From contig CM039004.1 of the NCBI GenBank assembly GCA_017499595.2, positions 2,728,001 through 2,792,000 on the forward strand: a stretch of DNA of 64,000 nucleotides. The letters run 5' to 3'. Shown one piece after another: positions 39,401 through 54,354 of the stretch (positions are counted from its first letter, which is position 1; every line of letters starts with the position of its first letter). Below the pieces are notes generated by a model. That model searched no databases. It was not told the origin of the DNA and was given only the letters and a program-made list of their open reading frames with translations. The translations under genes were made by a program, and so were the position numbers. The DNA is from Psilocybe cubensis. Lineage: Eukaryota.

Positions 39401-42400
39401 GCTCTAGCTTCCAGCCTTGAATTCAGAACGCCGCTCGATCTTACGTTGGTGATATATTACCTACCCGAATACCAGGACCCCTAACGACCCAAATTTCCAG
39501 ACGTTTTGAAATAGCGTTATTTCGGAAGATTGGGACGAGGAGAGGGATATGGGTGGCGTGCACATTTGCTGAGTTGTCTTGCAAAATTTCAAACGTTGGT
39601 GCCGTTTACTGAGTATTGCAAAGGTACCAGGGTGCTCTCTAGCTCACTTGGATGTTGCAATTGTACGTGGTTTTTTGTGCTCTAGTGTTGTTTTGCTAAA
39701 ATCAATATCTGGCGTTCTCGGGAGATGGATAAAAAATTTTGTGTTCAAACTTCGAAATTATGAGAATGGGTACGTGAACTGGACTAGTACCTATTGATAG
39801 ATTCAGGGATGATATGAATCCAGTTTAATTTTTGAGAGAAGAACGGCGGATTTGGGATGGAGGTGAAGATGTTCCGGAGGTGCATAGGGATGGTTCTGCA
39901 ATGAAATTTGAAGTTGATCTGGGATAGGTCAATTCTTCACTTACACAGGGGTATTATACTGACCTCGATAGTCCAGATAAACGGTTCAATGAATGGAACC
40001 AATGTAAAGTTGCGTACATTTGCAGTGAATGTATTCTCTGACCATCGCGGATCCACAGCTTCACCAACGTTCACTCGCACCTACCAGTCATCACCCACAT
40101 ACCCAGACATCCCCTATTATCCCAGAACCACATACAAAACCGCATTATTCGCGCGTACAAAGTGTACAGCGTACATGTATTGCCAGCGCACAAACAAGGT
40201 TCGTCGAGTTCACCGCGTCTTCCTCTCATTTCGCTCTGACAGATAGTTCGATCGGGTATGCAAGAGGTGTCGTAATCACTCTGAAACGCGACGGGGGCGA
40301 AAAGAAAGCGAGTTGAAAGGCTGGAAAATGGGTAAATGGGGAGGAGGAGTACATGTCCTCTCGGCATTGTACGCATTCTATTCGACATTCGAGCGGTCTG
40401 GGGCGGTGGGTTAGTGTTCAGGGTGACTGGGTATGCAGGTGCGTATGTCGTCCGAAACGATTTCTGGTGTATTTGCGTCGCTTTTGTAGGTATGTGCTTT
40501 TGATTCAATTTGGTTTCCAGATTTTATTTGAAGATTTCATGAACATCGGGAGGGTTTATCGAGGTACAGTGACTCTTTCCTGTGCAATATAATGGAGTAC
40601 AAAAGTTATAAAGTGCTACAAAGTGCTTAAACTAGCTAACCACGTTGTAGGTAGATTTGGATCTGATGAGCTGTATCGTTAAAACTTGATATTTTCAATG
40701 AAAACTGACTACTTTCCTGTATTCTGGAGTGTATATCAATAGGGGCTATGACTCTGCATGATGTGCATAGGTCTACCTAACGAGAAACAAGCGGAAAACC
40801 CTCCATTTCCTCCCACAACCGTTAATTGCAATCCAGGCATTGGACTAAAAGCCGAGCGGGCACTAGCTTCAAAGAAGTTTGGTAACGTAAGTGATATATT
40901 TGCTTTCCATACAGTGAAGCATTGGAAACTGATTGAATAGAAAACATGGCGAAATTGAACCGGGAAAGGAGGTGAGCATACTTTATTTGTAAATTTTTTG
41001 ATTCTCCTTCCAAATTTTCTTCTGTCAGAGATGAGAAACTATTGCATAAAGGCTGGGGAGAGTGTTAGGCTACAGATACATACGAGTTCTTTGAGTGTAA
41101 ACATGTTTAAACGCGAATACACTTGTGTGTTTGCTTGCAAGATTGAAATGCTGTAATATAATCTGGTATTCTGAACTCCAATTGCGTACATTTTGATTAG
41201 TATTTACACTAGATTAGTCCTGTATAGCGCGCGCTTGAGCTATCAAGCCAATGCATAGGTAAAACGGATCTGAACAAGGTATGTTTAAGGCTGCAATAGT
41301 GAGTACATAGCGCTACATGGATGCCGGACATAAGTTCCCGGGCAGGAACACACCTCTACGTCATTCTTCCGAGTCCAAACTTGAAGAGGAATGGCACAGT
41401 TTACGGATGGGATGTTTTGAAGTAATCCGGAGGAAAACAGAATCAGCGACTAACTTCTGGGAGAGTCTTGTCGTACTAAACGGCTTGAACATGAATATTA
41501 TGACATACCTTTGCTGTGAAGGTGAGTTGTTACGGATCTGGAAGCAATTTGGCGTTTGAAAACCTGATTTTAGGAGATACGTGGCACGGAATTGAACTTG
41601 AATTTGAGTTGATTTTAGCGAGATTTGTATTTTAATGGATTATGTGTTTACTGTACCTTTTACAGTAGAACCACACGACACTTCTATGTCATCCGTCTGA
41701 ATCCAAACTTGAACAGGAATGGCACGGTTACGGATGGGATGTGTTGAATTAATCTGGAGGAAAACCGAGTCAGTGACTAACTTCCGGGAGAGTCTAGTTG
41801 TAGTAACCGACTTGAATAGGTGTATTATGATGTATCTTTGCTGTGAAGGTGAGTTTCTCCGGATCTGGAAGCGATTTAACCTTGGAAATTCTCAATTTAG
41901 GAGATACGTGGCACGGAATTCAACTGGAATTTAGCGGGATTTGTGTTTAAATTGGTTTTGTATTGACTGTCCCTTTTGAAGTGGAGCCACACGCGACAAG
42001 GGATGGTCGCTATAAATGCCGAGAAATGAATGGGCGCCTAATCAAACCACTCGGTTAGTGCAGTCGGCTACAGTCTAATGTCATCATTTGTTGCAGAATG
42101 TTGCAGCGGAATCTGGGGATCAACGGACATAGGTGAGCGGTCAGGGAACAGAACCACGCTTGAAAATATACGCAATGGTCCGAAATGTGCGATTCCGGGC
42201 GACTTTGGTGTATTGCGTCACTGAAGCGACGGAGAAACGTCTCGAGGCCTGATTTTGTTCCGAGCTTTGTCATTCAAGAGCCTAATTCTGACCCTGAGAA
42301 CCGTGCGATTGGTTTGTGGGCACCGACGAGCTGGATTTGAGATCAAGATCTCCAGGTAGGTGCATGGTTACTCACTAATTAACTGATACGCGCTAGCAGC

Positions 42401-44412
42401 AGGGATGTTTCGTCATTGATTTTGCGTGTTATTTTGGATTTTGAAGCCCCTGTTCGACTTGTAGTACGATTTTCTTGATTTGAATTTGAAGTCTCCAAAC
42501 CGTGTAGTGTATGTGAGTGTGGTGAATTCGAATGTAATTTGAGTGGGGTTGGATTTTTGAACCTGTAACAAGCAAGTAACGAGGTTCAAAAATATACGAA
42601 TTATTCAAAGATTTTCACGCACCAGCAAATTTGTATTCAATGTTCAATCGACGCTACGAAGGCGTGTCTATAAAATTAAGGTGAAAAGAACTGGAACGGG
42701 AGGATTTCCGAGTAGGTGCATGGTTACTTACTAAGTTAACCGATACGCGCTAGCAGCAGGATGTTTGGTCATTGGTTTTTCGCGTTATTTTAGATTTTGA
42801 AGCCCCTGTCGAGTTGTAATGAATGTAGAATTTGAAGATTCAGAACCGTGTATTCTGCCTTGGTGCGGTAGATTTTGATGTAATTTGAGTGCGAGGGGAA
42901 GGATTTTGAAAAGGTTCAAAATATACAAATTATTCAAGGATTTTCACGCAGCAGCAAAGTTATATTCAATTACGAATTTGTGTCCATGAAAACAAAGTAA
43001 AAAAAGGTTGGGACGGGAGTGTACGTATACGTTGATAGGAGGAAATTGGATTAGAGCTACTAGAAGACTTTTGGCTTGTTTGTGTCAGGGATAGCGGAGC
43101 TTTAATACGTGACATATAAGTTGACTTGCCTTTTTTTTCTGCTAGGGATTGTATCCCGTCTTTATGCCAGTCCGCGGTGTTATGCCCTCCCCCTCCTAAA
43201 TTCGATTTTTGGGCTTCCGCCGAGCTAGGTGTTCTGCAAGCCTCACCCGGGATCTTTACGACTCCTTTACTGAGTGCTGGTACGTGGAATTACCCCTAAA
43301 CTGACTAAAATGTGCTCATTGCTGTATGCGTTGGCGCTTAGCATTCGAAATTTGAAATTTGGAGTTCCCGCGACCCGTGTATTCTTGCCACCGTTGACTG
43401 GGGATGCCAGCGTCTAGTCTTGTTCCCGCGACTTTTCGCCATCGACACGTGAGTATTTGTGTCAAGACACATGAGAGGTATGTGTATTTATCGTGCATTG
43501 TGTTGTATTTGCTCACAGTTTGGCAGGATTCGAAATTCGAAATTTGGAGTTCCCGCGACCCGTGGTTTCTTCCTGCCGTTGAGTTGCAGTGCCAGCGTCC
43601 AGTCTTGATACTCAGAATTCCCGCAACCCGTGGTTTCTTGCCGCCGTTGAGTCGGAGTGCCAGCAACCAGTCTTGATATTCAGAGTTCCCGCAATTTGTG
43701 AGTTTTTCCCGCCATCGACTTGGAGTGCCTGCAACGGGTGAGTATTTGTGTCCAGACGAATGAGAGGTGTGACTTGTTGTTCCCGGTGCTGGTATGTGCT
43801 CTGCCTTGAGATTTGGTGTTTGGAGTTCCGGCGGCGCGTGAGTCTGCTCTATAGGTACGTGTTGCTGCCCCTGTGTTGTACAGTCTTGCGCTGACCGTAT
43901 GGTCGGGGTCCTAAGATTTGAAATAAAGTTCCCGCAGCCACTTAGCCTCTCGCCATCTGGCTCATCTATCAAGACCCGACTGGATTACCGTATTACGAGT
44001 CGCTGTTTTATCAAGACACGGTGATGGAACTTCAATCGTGTGTCTCGACTTGATAGGTACGTGTCACTTCCCCTTGCTCTGACTGTATGGTTGGGGTTTT
44101 GAAGTTCCCGCGGGCACCTAGCCCCTTGCCATCTGGCTCGTCTATCAAGACCTCAATCTAGGGATCCCTTGATGATGCGCCCTTCTCGTTCTTTCATTCC
44201 CTTCTTTTTCTTTTTTTTTGTGTTTTATTTTGTAGTGGGACACCTTTGTAGTAGATAGCAAAAATGAATGCATGGCCTTTGGGCGGGGAGAGACTATGTC
44301 ACTGAACAGTGCGAAAAATGGCAAAAAACTTCTATCTCTTTCACTCAGGGTCGTCTCTTTAAGGTATCTCGCCCCATATAAGGGTAAAACCAACACAACT
44401 TCTGACGTCATT
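34481..44412. repeat. Tandem repeat unit 2 (9932 bp)
   Basis: Junction tgacgtcatt|tgcagcgaacaaaccttgcc at 34481 and again at 44413. Confidence 0.97.
37089..38840. repeat. Palindromic intron-like array (unit 2 copy)
   Basis: Copy of 27157-28908 at +9932. Confidence 0.85.
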
Positions 44413-46377
44413 TGCAGCGAACAAACCTTGCCATCCTTTCCAACCTGCCCTGGATCCATCTCCGGCTCATCCGCGCCTTCCCACCGCGCCACCACCTGAG
44501 AGCTAATCTTCACTGGCTCCGGTACAATAATGACACCCTTTTTGTTCGCCTGAGGTAGTACGAGACCCGGAGAGGTCAGGTTGACTGTAATATTGCTGTC
44601 CTCTGATACAGGCACCTGCTCGCGTACTTTCAGGTAGCTGATGGGCGTCGCTTTGGTGTTACTGATGCTGATGCGTTGAGAAAAAAGGTACGTAGAGTTT
44701 CGGCGCGTAAAGCTGGGTTGAGTGACTTTCTTGCTACGAGGGTGATAGGTGATGCGAACTGCAGGGTCGATGCTGTTTTGTTATGTAAAACAGATATTAG
44801 AAAACGGGTGGTAGCTTTATGGGGACACGACTTACCCAAGAGGACAATCAAAACTTTCCTGTGGACTAACAGACGGGATATCAGAGCGCGAGATGAAACT
44901 TCCATTGACGTAGATGCTTGCTATGCCGCGTAAAAGGGTATATTCAGAGTCATTCTTTATTTTTGCCTATAAACCAAAGAGATAGATGAGAAATTATCAG
45001 AAAAAGGTAGACATGTAGGACATACAGTTAAATGAGCCTTTGGCGATTTTTTTGGGACCGTAACCCAGGACATGGCTGCGTCCAAATACACTTCCATTAT
45101 AGTCACGGTATGAGAAGCGCCGTCACTCGGAATCGTCATTAATCCAGGGACCGAGAACGTTGCATTGATGTCCCCTTTCGATGTGACTGTCAAGCCTCGG
45201 GCCTTGATGTTGGGCGGTCGCGAACTATGCAGTCTTCCTCCTCCTCCAGGTGGACCTCCATCAGATTCGGAATCGGAACTAGCTGCAGGTTCTTTTCTCA
45301 TTGAGTGGCCGCCGAACGTGTTAAGGCTGGAGGCAGCAGCACTTTTTCTCAGGTACTTTCCGTACATGGGCTTATACATAGAAAGCGTCCATGGCTGCAA
45401 TTCCGGGATATTGAGTCCTGTTGTGGGCGTCACTGTCTCCAAAGTCAATGGAATATCATTCCAGGACTAGATCTGGGAATTAGCTTTGGTAGGTTCTGAG
45501 CAGCGAGATAATTTCAATCACCTCTCCTGTATTTTGTGAGATGGCTGCTTTGTATATAACCTTTACCGCCTTTTCCTTGGTGTCCATTTTCACGTAGATA
45601 GCGTAAGTAGGGTCCCAGGTAGCGCTGGAAACAGCTGTCCCAAAGAGTTTAGATTACTAGTGACCAAGACTTGATGAATGAGATAAAGCTGACCGTATTT
45701 CAAAACAATCTCAACGTCGCATTCTTTGTCTGCGACGAGAGTTATGTAGACACGTTTGCGCAGCTTATTATCCACTTTGACCTCGCCCAATGCTACTTGC
45801 TCTTGCTCAATGTCTCTAGTAACCTCTGCAATTTGCTCTTCCAAATCAAGCTGCTTGAGATCCCATTCCTCTGCAGCCGCGTCAATTCCTCGCTGCAAAT
45901 CGGCCAACTCATCTGCCTTGACATGTCGCACGGCAATACTGTTCTGGAAAGACTGAACTGCCGCAATCGCTTTATGGCACCGCGTCAACGCTTTCTCCAA
46001 CCGAATCTTCTGCTTTATCAAGTCTTCAAGACGATCAGAGGTCGTCATAGGACCCGAAGAAGGAATATCCGAGAGTGAAACTTCATAAATTGTACATTGA
46101 CCGCGACCTTCAACTCTGTAGCACATCCACTGAATTAAGTACCAGTTACCCTTATAAAAGAAAATAAAGCGTACCGAAGAGAATCTGGGACCAGCACATC
46201 AGGAAGACCGGACACAATGACCTTATTGTCGCCTTTCTTGAGCTTTGGTTCAAAAACACGTGTCACCTCCGCCAGGCCAGTATACAAGCTAACGTTCGCG
46301 ATCTTGCTATCCGTCTGACACGACAGGCATACCTCACTGACTGCTCGGCTTGCATTTGCGATTGCGTTTGGAGGCAT
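44145..46377 (-). CDS. DUF4140/DUF4139 gene copy 3 (diverged allele, replaced C-terminus)
   Basis: Same junction as copy 2. Substitutions versus copy 1 include ESAA>EPAA, PPRG>PPGG, LMRC>LTRC, LANL>LADL and ITEV>IAEV. Confidence 0.75.
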
Positions 46378-49300
46378 CCTTCACTTTGACTAGTATCCAC
46401 GAGGTCGACGTGTAGGGGGAAGGAAGAGACAGCTTGTGTCGTATTGAGTCATTGGTTTCGCCCTACAGCTGTTATAATTACGTTCGGAAGTCAGGGCTAG
46501 ATCAGGGGCTCCAAGGTGTCAAACGCCAGCACAGCCCCTGACAGTATATCCAAGAACAGGTTGCTCGTCAGGTTAATGGCGACTTTTATGATTAAAGATA
46601 TTCAAAGTCAGCTATGGTTGGAAGCAGGTGAAGTATGCCGTCAGTCAGCAAATACAGGCCCATAGTAAGCTGGCAGACAACAAAATGCCATTTTTGTTTC
46701 CCACGCTTCCTGCCCGCGTAATTCCCTAATGCGCTGAATACCCCGTGCCGCATTTTTATCGTGTACTTGATTCTGCTTTGGTCAGGGTCCTCTGATTCGA
46801 TTTCCTAGTGGAATTCATCAACTGCCCAAGCTAATTTTAATTCCACTCTGTAAATGCGAAATCGCAAGTCACTGTATTCATCCTTTCTTTGCTGCTTTCT
46901 TCTCTTTGCAGAGAGTTGGTCGCATACCCCCCACACAGCTCTAGTTGCCCCGCCGCTGTGGCCTTCCCACCACCTCGTTCTCGTCGACGACCCGTCCAAC
47001 ATTTCCACAGCCCACGCACAATGCAGCAACCAACGCCCCGTTCCACTGGGCTACAACACATCTGACAGCATGGGTCAGTCAATGCATACCTCATTTATTT
47101 GTTGCTTACGTTTCTTTTCAGTGGTGTTGGCGGCCTAGGACGCAAACACGGCTCGATCCTCAACACTGCGGCGCTGTGTAAACCGTCAGAGGGCCTCACG
47201 CGCCGGCGGATGTTACGATTGGGCTGTACAAGGGGGCGGGCACGGGTAAGTCAATGAATTCATCATTTCTTTGCTGCTTACCTTTCTTTTCAGGGCATTC
47301 GGTGGACTAGGACGCACACGGCTTGATTCTCAATACGGCGGTATTGAATAAACCGTCAGAGGCAGAGGCGTCAGAGAGCCTCACGCGCCGGCAGATGTTA
47401 TCATTGGGCTCTAGAAGGGGGTGGGTACAGGTAAGTCAATGAATTGCTTATTTCTTCATTGCTTACCTTTGTTTTCAGCAGAGTTGGTGGCCTAGGATGC
47501 GTACACGGCTCAATCCTCGACACGGCGGCACCATGCAAACCGTCAGACAGACGCACTGGAATTTGCGTTTCTGATAGTTGGGTTGCGAAAGGGGTGTTGG
47601 GTCCCGCCGCTACAAGACGTTACGGCCGGGCTGTAGAAGTGGCGGGCTTGGGTAAGTCAATGAAACCTAATTCCTTTATTACTTACCTTTCTTTTCAAGA
47701 CATTCAGTGGTCTAGGACGCACACGGCGATGGGGTGGGTACAGGTAAGTCAATGCATCGCTTATTTCTTCGTTGCTTACCTTTCTTTTCAGGAGAGTTGG
47801 TGGCCTACTAGCATGCGTACACGGCTGTAGACCGTCAGACATGTCAGAGATGGCGGGGTGTTGGACCTGTGGAAGGAGGTAAGTCAATGAATTCCTCATA
47901 TTTGTTGCGTACCTTCATTCGCTGGGATGCCCAGGACACACGGCGACGAGACGTGGCTCGACTCTGGTGCGGCGGCGGCGCTGTGTAGATGTGTGTAGCC
48001 CGTCAGACGCGTTGGAGACCTGTGCAATAGGACATACCTTTACCGGTGGCGCGCAGCAGAGGGGTGTATGTGAGTACCATGCCACACCATTTCAATATTG
48101 ATTGCTCACCTCTAACCACTACAAAGACATGCGTAACTGGCTCGATTATCGACACGGCGGCACCATGCAAACTGTCAGAGGCAGAGGCAGAGGCTTCAGA
48201 AAGCCTCACGCTGTGGTGGATGTTACGATGAGGCTGTAGATAGGGGCGGGCATGGGTAAGTCAATGAATTGCTTGTTTCTTTGTTGCTTACCTTTCTTTT
48301 GAGTGGTGTTGGTGGCCTAGGATGCAAACATGGCTTGATTTTCGACACGGCGGCGCTGTGTAGACCGTCAGACACGTCAGAGCCAGACGTAAGGGAACAT
48401 ACATTGACCGATGGCGGGGTGTTGGACCTGTAGAAAGTGGCGGGCACAGGTAAGTCGACAAATTCCTCATTTCATTGTTACTTACCTTCATTCGCTGGGG
48501 TGTTGGTGGACTAGAACACACGGCGACAAGGCATCAACAAGATGCCACCAACGTGGCTTGACTCTGGTGCGGCGGCGGAACTGTGTAGACGCGTGTAGCC
48601 TGTCAGACGCGTCGGAAACTTGTGGAACGGGACGTACCTTTACGTGTGGCGGGCTGTAGAAGGGTGTATGTGAGTACCATGCCAAACCATTTCACGGTTG
48701 CTCACCTCTCGATGGCCTGGCAAAAAATGGCGACAAGCGCCGGTGGTCAGCCAAATTCACAGTTTCAAGACCATCACTCACCTATGACAAGCTGCTGAGA
48801 CGCGTCGCAGGAGGAGGCGGAGAGGAGAGAAGAGAACCCCTGAGATGAGCAAAGGAGGACGAGTGGGATGAGAAAAAGTGAGTACATTCACGTCCTCTTT
48901 TATAGTTTGCAAAGCACGCCGCTGTACGTACACCGGTACGCTATGCAATTTCGGGTTCTACCGTTGGTTTGCAGGGTCCAATTTTGGGATCAGCAAACAA
49001 CTTGAACGCAAAGCGGGTGCTAGCCGAGTGTATCTACCGTAGGATACACTCCTGTCTGTCTGTAGATTTGGAATAGATGTGTTTTTCATGTTTTCGTGGA
49101 CTGCGTGTTTGTCTATTTCAAGTTGATCTGAATGTTTGTTTCGAGCTTAATTCGAGCACTTCAACTTTCTCCTACTTTCTTGATGCCCGTCAGGTCTGCG
49201 CTGGATAATACACCTCACATTTCAACCTTGGGACTCCAATCCCTTTGCGTTAGACCAGTACGTATAGTAAAAATTTCACCGGAAACATGCTAATTCATGC

Positions 49301-52300
49301 AATTACAGATATCTGGAATAAATCCTCAACGTTACCCCTCGAGCTCTAGCTTCCAGCCTTGAATTCAGAACGCCGCTCGATCTTACGTTGGTGATATATT
49401 ACCTACCCGAATACCAGGACCCCTAACGACCCAAATTTCCAGACGTTTTGAAATAGCGTTATTTCGGAAGATTGGGACGAGGAGAGGGATATGGGTGGCG
49501 TGCACATTTGCTGAGTTGTCTTGCAAAATTTCAAACGTTGGTGCCGTTTACTGAGTATTGCAAAGGTACCAGGGTGCTCTCTAGCTCACTTGGATGTTGC
49601 AATTGTACGTGGTTTTTTGTGCTCTAGTGTTGTTTTGCTAAAATCAATATCTGGCGTTCTCGGGAGATGGATAAAAAATTTTGTGTTCAAACTTCGAAAT
49701 TATGAGAATGGGTACGTGAACTGGACTAGTACCTATTGATAGATTCAGGGATGATATGAATCCAGTTTAATTTTTGAGAGAAGAACGGCGGATTTGGGAT
49801 GGAGGTGAAGATGTTCCGGAGGTGCATAGGGATGGTTCTGCAATGAAATTTGAAGTTGATCTGGGATAGGTCAATTCTTCACTTACACAGGGGTATTATA
49901 CTGACCTCGATAGTCCAGATAAACGGTTCAATGAATGGAACCAATGTAAAGTTGCGTACATTTGCAGTGAATGTATTCTCTGACCATCGCGGATCCACAG
50001 CTTCACCAACGTTCACTCGCACCTACCAGTCATCACCCACATACCCAGACATCCCCTATTATCCCAGAACCACATACAAAACCGCATTATTCGCGCGTAC
50101 AAAGTGTACAGCGTACATGTATTGCCAGCGCACAAACAAGGTTCGTCGAGTTCACCGCGTCTTCCTCTCATTTCGCTCTGACAGATAGTTCGATCGGGTA
50201 TGCAAGAGGTGTCGTAATCACTCTGAAACGCGACGGGGGCGAAAAGAAAGCGAGTTGAAAGGCTGGAAAATGGGTAAATGGGGAGGAGGAGTACATGTCC
50301 TCTCGGCATTGTACGCATTCTATTCGACATTCGAGCGGTCTGGGGCGGTGGGTTAGTGTTCAGGGTGACTGGGTATGCAGGTGCGTATGTCGTCCGAAAC
50401 GATTTCTGGTGTATTTGCGTCGCTTTTGTAGGTATGTGCTTTTGATTCAATTTGGTTTCCAGATTTTATTTGAAGATTTCATGAACATCGGGAGGGTTTA
50501 TCGAGGTACAGTGACTCTTTCCTGTGCAATATAATGGAGTACAAAAGTTATAAAGTGCTACAAAGTGCTTAAACTAGCTAACCACGTTGTAGGTAGATTT
50601 GGATCTGATGAGCTGTATCGTTAAAACTTGATATTTTCAATGAAAACTGACTACTTTCCTGTATTCTGGAGTGTATATCAATAGGGGCTATGACTCTGCA
50701 TGATGTGCATAGGTCTACCTAACGAGAAACAAGCGGAAAACCCTCCATTTCCTCCCACAACCGTTAATTGCAATCCAGGCATTGGACTAAAAGCCGAGCG
50801 GGCACTAGCTTCAAAGAAGTTTGGTAACGTAAGTGATATATTTGCTTTCCATACAGTGAAGCATTGGAAACTGATTGAATAGAAAACATGGCGAAATTGA
50901 ACCGGGAAAGGAGGTGAGCATACTTTATTTGTAAATTTTTTGATTCTCCTTCCAAATTTTCTTCTGTCAGAGATGAGAAACTATTGCATAAAGGCTGGGG
51001 AGAGTGTTAGGCTACAGATACATACGAGTTCTTTGAGTGTAAACATGTTTAAACGCGAATACACTTGTGTGTTTGCTTGCAAGATTGAAATGCTGTAATA
51101 TAATCTGGTATTCTGAACTCCAATTGCGTACATTTTGATTAGTATTTACACTAGATTAGTCCTGTATAGCGCGCGCTTGAGCTATCAAGCCAATGCATAG
51201 GTAAAACGGATCTGAACAAGGTATGTTTAAGGCTGCAATAGTGAGTACATAGCGCTACATGGATGCCGGACATAAGTTCCCGGGCAGGAACACACCTCTA
51301 CGTCATTCTTCCGAGTCCAAACTTGAAGAGGAATGGCACAGTTTACGGATGGGATGTTTTGAAGTAATCCGGAGGAAAACAGAATCAGCGACTAACTTCT
51401 GGGAGAGTCTTGTCGTACTAAACGGCTTGAACATGAATATTATGACATACCTTTGCTGTGAAGGTGAGTTGTTACGGATCTGGAAGCAATTTGGCGTTTG
51501 AAAACCTGATTTTAGGAGATACGTGGCACGGAATTGAACTTGAATTTGAGTTGATTTTAGCGAGATTTGTATTTTAATGGATTATGTGTTTACTGTACCT
51601 TTTACAGTAGAACCACACGACACTTCTATGTCATCCGTCTGAATCCAAACTTGAACAGGAATGGCACGGTTACGGATGGGATGTGTTGAATTAATCTGGA
51701 GGAAAACCGAGTCAGTGACTAACTTCCGGGAGAGTCTAGTTGTAGTAACCGACTTGAATAGGTGTATTATGATGTATCTTTGCTGTGAAGGTGAGTTTCT
51801 CCGGATCTGGAAGCGATTTAACCTTGGAAATTCTCAATTTAGGAGATACGTGGCACGGAATTCAACTGGAATTTAGCGGGATTTGTGTTTAAATTGGTTT
51901 TGTATTGACTGTCCCTTTTGAAGTGGAGCCACACGCGACAAGGGATGGTCGCTATAAATGCCGAGAAATGAATGGGCGCCTAATCAAACCACTCGGTTAG
52001 TGCAGTCGGCTACAGTCTAATGTCATCATTTGTTGCAGAATGTTGCAGCGGAATCTGGGGATCAACGGACATAGGTGAGCGGTCAGGGAACAGAACCACG
52101 CTTGAAAATATACGCAATGGTCCGAAATGTGCGATTCCGGGCGACTTTGGTGTATTGCGTCACTGAAGCGACGGAGAAACGTCTCGAGGCCTGATTTTGT
52201 TCCGAGCTTTGTCATTCAAGAGCCTAATTCTGACCCTGAGAACCGTGCGATTGGTTTGTGGGCACCGACGAGCTGGATTTGAGATCAAGATCTCCAGGTA

Positions 52301-54354
52301 GGTGCATGGTTACTCACTAATTAACTGATACGCGCTAGCAGCAGGGATGTTTCGTCATTGATTTTGCGTGTTATTTTGGATTTTGAAGCCCCTGTTCGAC
52401 TTGTAGTACGATTTTCTTGATTTGAATTTGAAGTCTCCAAACCGTGTAGTGTATGTGAGTGTGGTGAATTCGAATGTAATTTGAGTGGGGTTGGATTTTT
52501 GAACCTGTAACAAGCAAGTAACGAGGTTCAAAAATATACGAATTATTCAAAGATTTTCACGCACCAGCAAATTTGTATTCAATGTTCAATCGACGCTACG
52601 AAGGCGTGTCTATAAAATTAAGGTGAAAAGAACTGGAACGGGAGGATTTCCGAGTAGGTGCATGGTTACTTACTAAGTTAACCGATACGCGCTAGCAGCA
52701 GGATGTTTGGTCATTGGTTTTTCGCGTTATTTTAGATTTTGAAGCCCCTGTCGAGTTGTAATGAATGTAGAATTTGAAGATTCAGAACCGTGTATTCTGC
52801 CTTGGTGCGGTAGATTTTGATGTAATTTGAGTGCGAGGGGAAGGATTTTGAAAAGGTTCAAAATATACAAATTATTCAAGGATTTTCACGCAGCAGCAAA
52901 GTTATATTCAATTACGAATTTGTGTCCATGAAAACAAAGTAAAAAAAGGTTGGGACGGGAGTGTACGTATACGTTGATAGGAGGAAATTGGATTAGAGCT
53001 ACTAGAAGACTTTTGGCTTGTTTGTGTCAGGGATAGCGGAGCTTTAATACGTGACATATAAGTTGACTTGCCTTTTTTTTCTGCTAGGGATTGTATCCCG
53101 TCTTTATGCCAGTCCGCGGTGTTATGCCCTCCCCCTCCTAAATTCGATTTTTGGGCTTCCGCCGAGCTAGGTGTTCTGCAAGCCTCACCCGGGATCTTTA
53201 CGACTCCTTTACTGAGTGCTGGTACGTGGAATTACCCCTAAACTGACTAAAATGTGCTCATTGCTGTATGCGTTGGCGCTTAGCATTCGAAATTTGAAAT
53301 TTGGAGTTCCCGCGACCCGTGTATTCTTGCCACCGTTGACTGGGGATGCCAGCGTCTAGTCTTGTTCCCGCGACTTTTCGCCATCGACACGTGAGTATTT
53401 GTGTCAAGACACATGAGAGGTATGTGTATTTATCGTGCATTGTGTTGTATTTGCTCACAGTTTGGCAGGATTCGAAATTCGAAATTTGGAGTTCCCGCGA
53501 CCCGTGGTTTCTTCCTGCCGTTGAGTTGCAGTGCCAGCGTCCAGTCTTGATACTCAGAATTCCCGCAACCCGTGGTTTCTTGCCGCCGTTGAGTCGGAGT
53601 GCCAGCAACCAGTCTTGATATTCAGAGTTCCCGCAATTTGTGAGTTTTTCCCGCCATCGACTTGGAGTGCCTGCAACGGGTGAGTATTTGTGTCCAGACG
53701 AATGAGAGGTGTGACTTGTTGTTCCCGGTGCTGGTATGTGCTCTGCCTTGAGATTTGGTGTTTGGAGTTCCGGCGGCGCGTGAGTCTGCTCTATAGGTAC
53801 GTGTTGCTGCCCCTGTGTTGTACAGTCTTGCGCTGACCGTATGGTCGGGGTCCTAAGATTTGAAATAAAGTTCCCGCAGCCACTTAGCCTCTCGCCATCT
53901 GGCTCATCTATCAAGACCCGACTGGATTACCGTATTACGAGTCGCTGTTTTATCAAGACACGGTGATGGAACTTCAATCGTGTGTCTCGACTTGATAGGT
54001 ACGTGTCACTTCCCCTTGCTCTGACTGTATGGTTGGGGTTTTGAAGTTCCCGCGGGCACCTAGCCCCTTGCCATCTGGCTCGTCTATCAAGACCTCAATC
54101 TAGGGATCCCTTGATGATGCGCCCTTCTCGTTCTTTCATTCCCTTCTTTTTCTTTTTTTTTGTGTTTTATTTTGTAGTGGGACACCTTTGTAGTAGATAG
54201 CAAAAATGAATGCATGGCCTTTGGGCGGGGAGAGACTATGTCACTGAACAGTGCGAAAAATGGCAAAAAACTTCTATCTCTTTCACTCAGGGTCGTCTCT
54301 TTAAGGTATCTCGCCCCATATAAGGGTAAAACCAACACAACTTCTGACGTCATT
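44413..54354. repeat. Tandem repeat unit 3 (9942 bp, with a diverged internal patch)
   Basis: Junctions at 44413 and 54355. Net +10 bp from indels within ~44865-49086. Confidence 0.97.
47051..48781. repeat. Palindromic intron-like array (unit 3, diverged copy)
   Basis: Same cores with SNPs, a 9-bp deletion near 47877 and no 12-bp ctctcgatggcc duplication. Confidence 0.85.
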
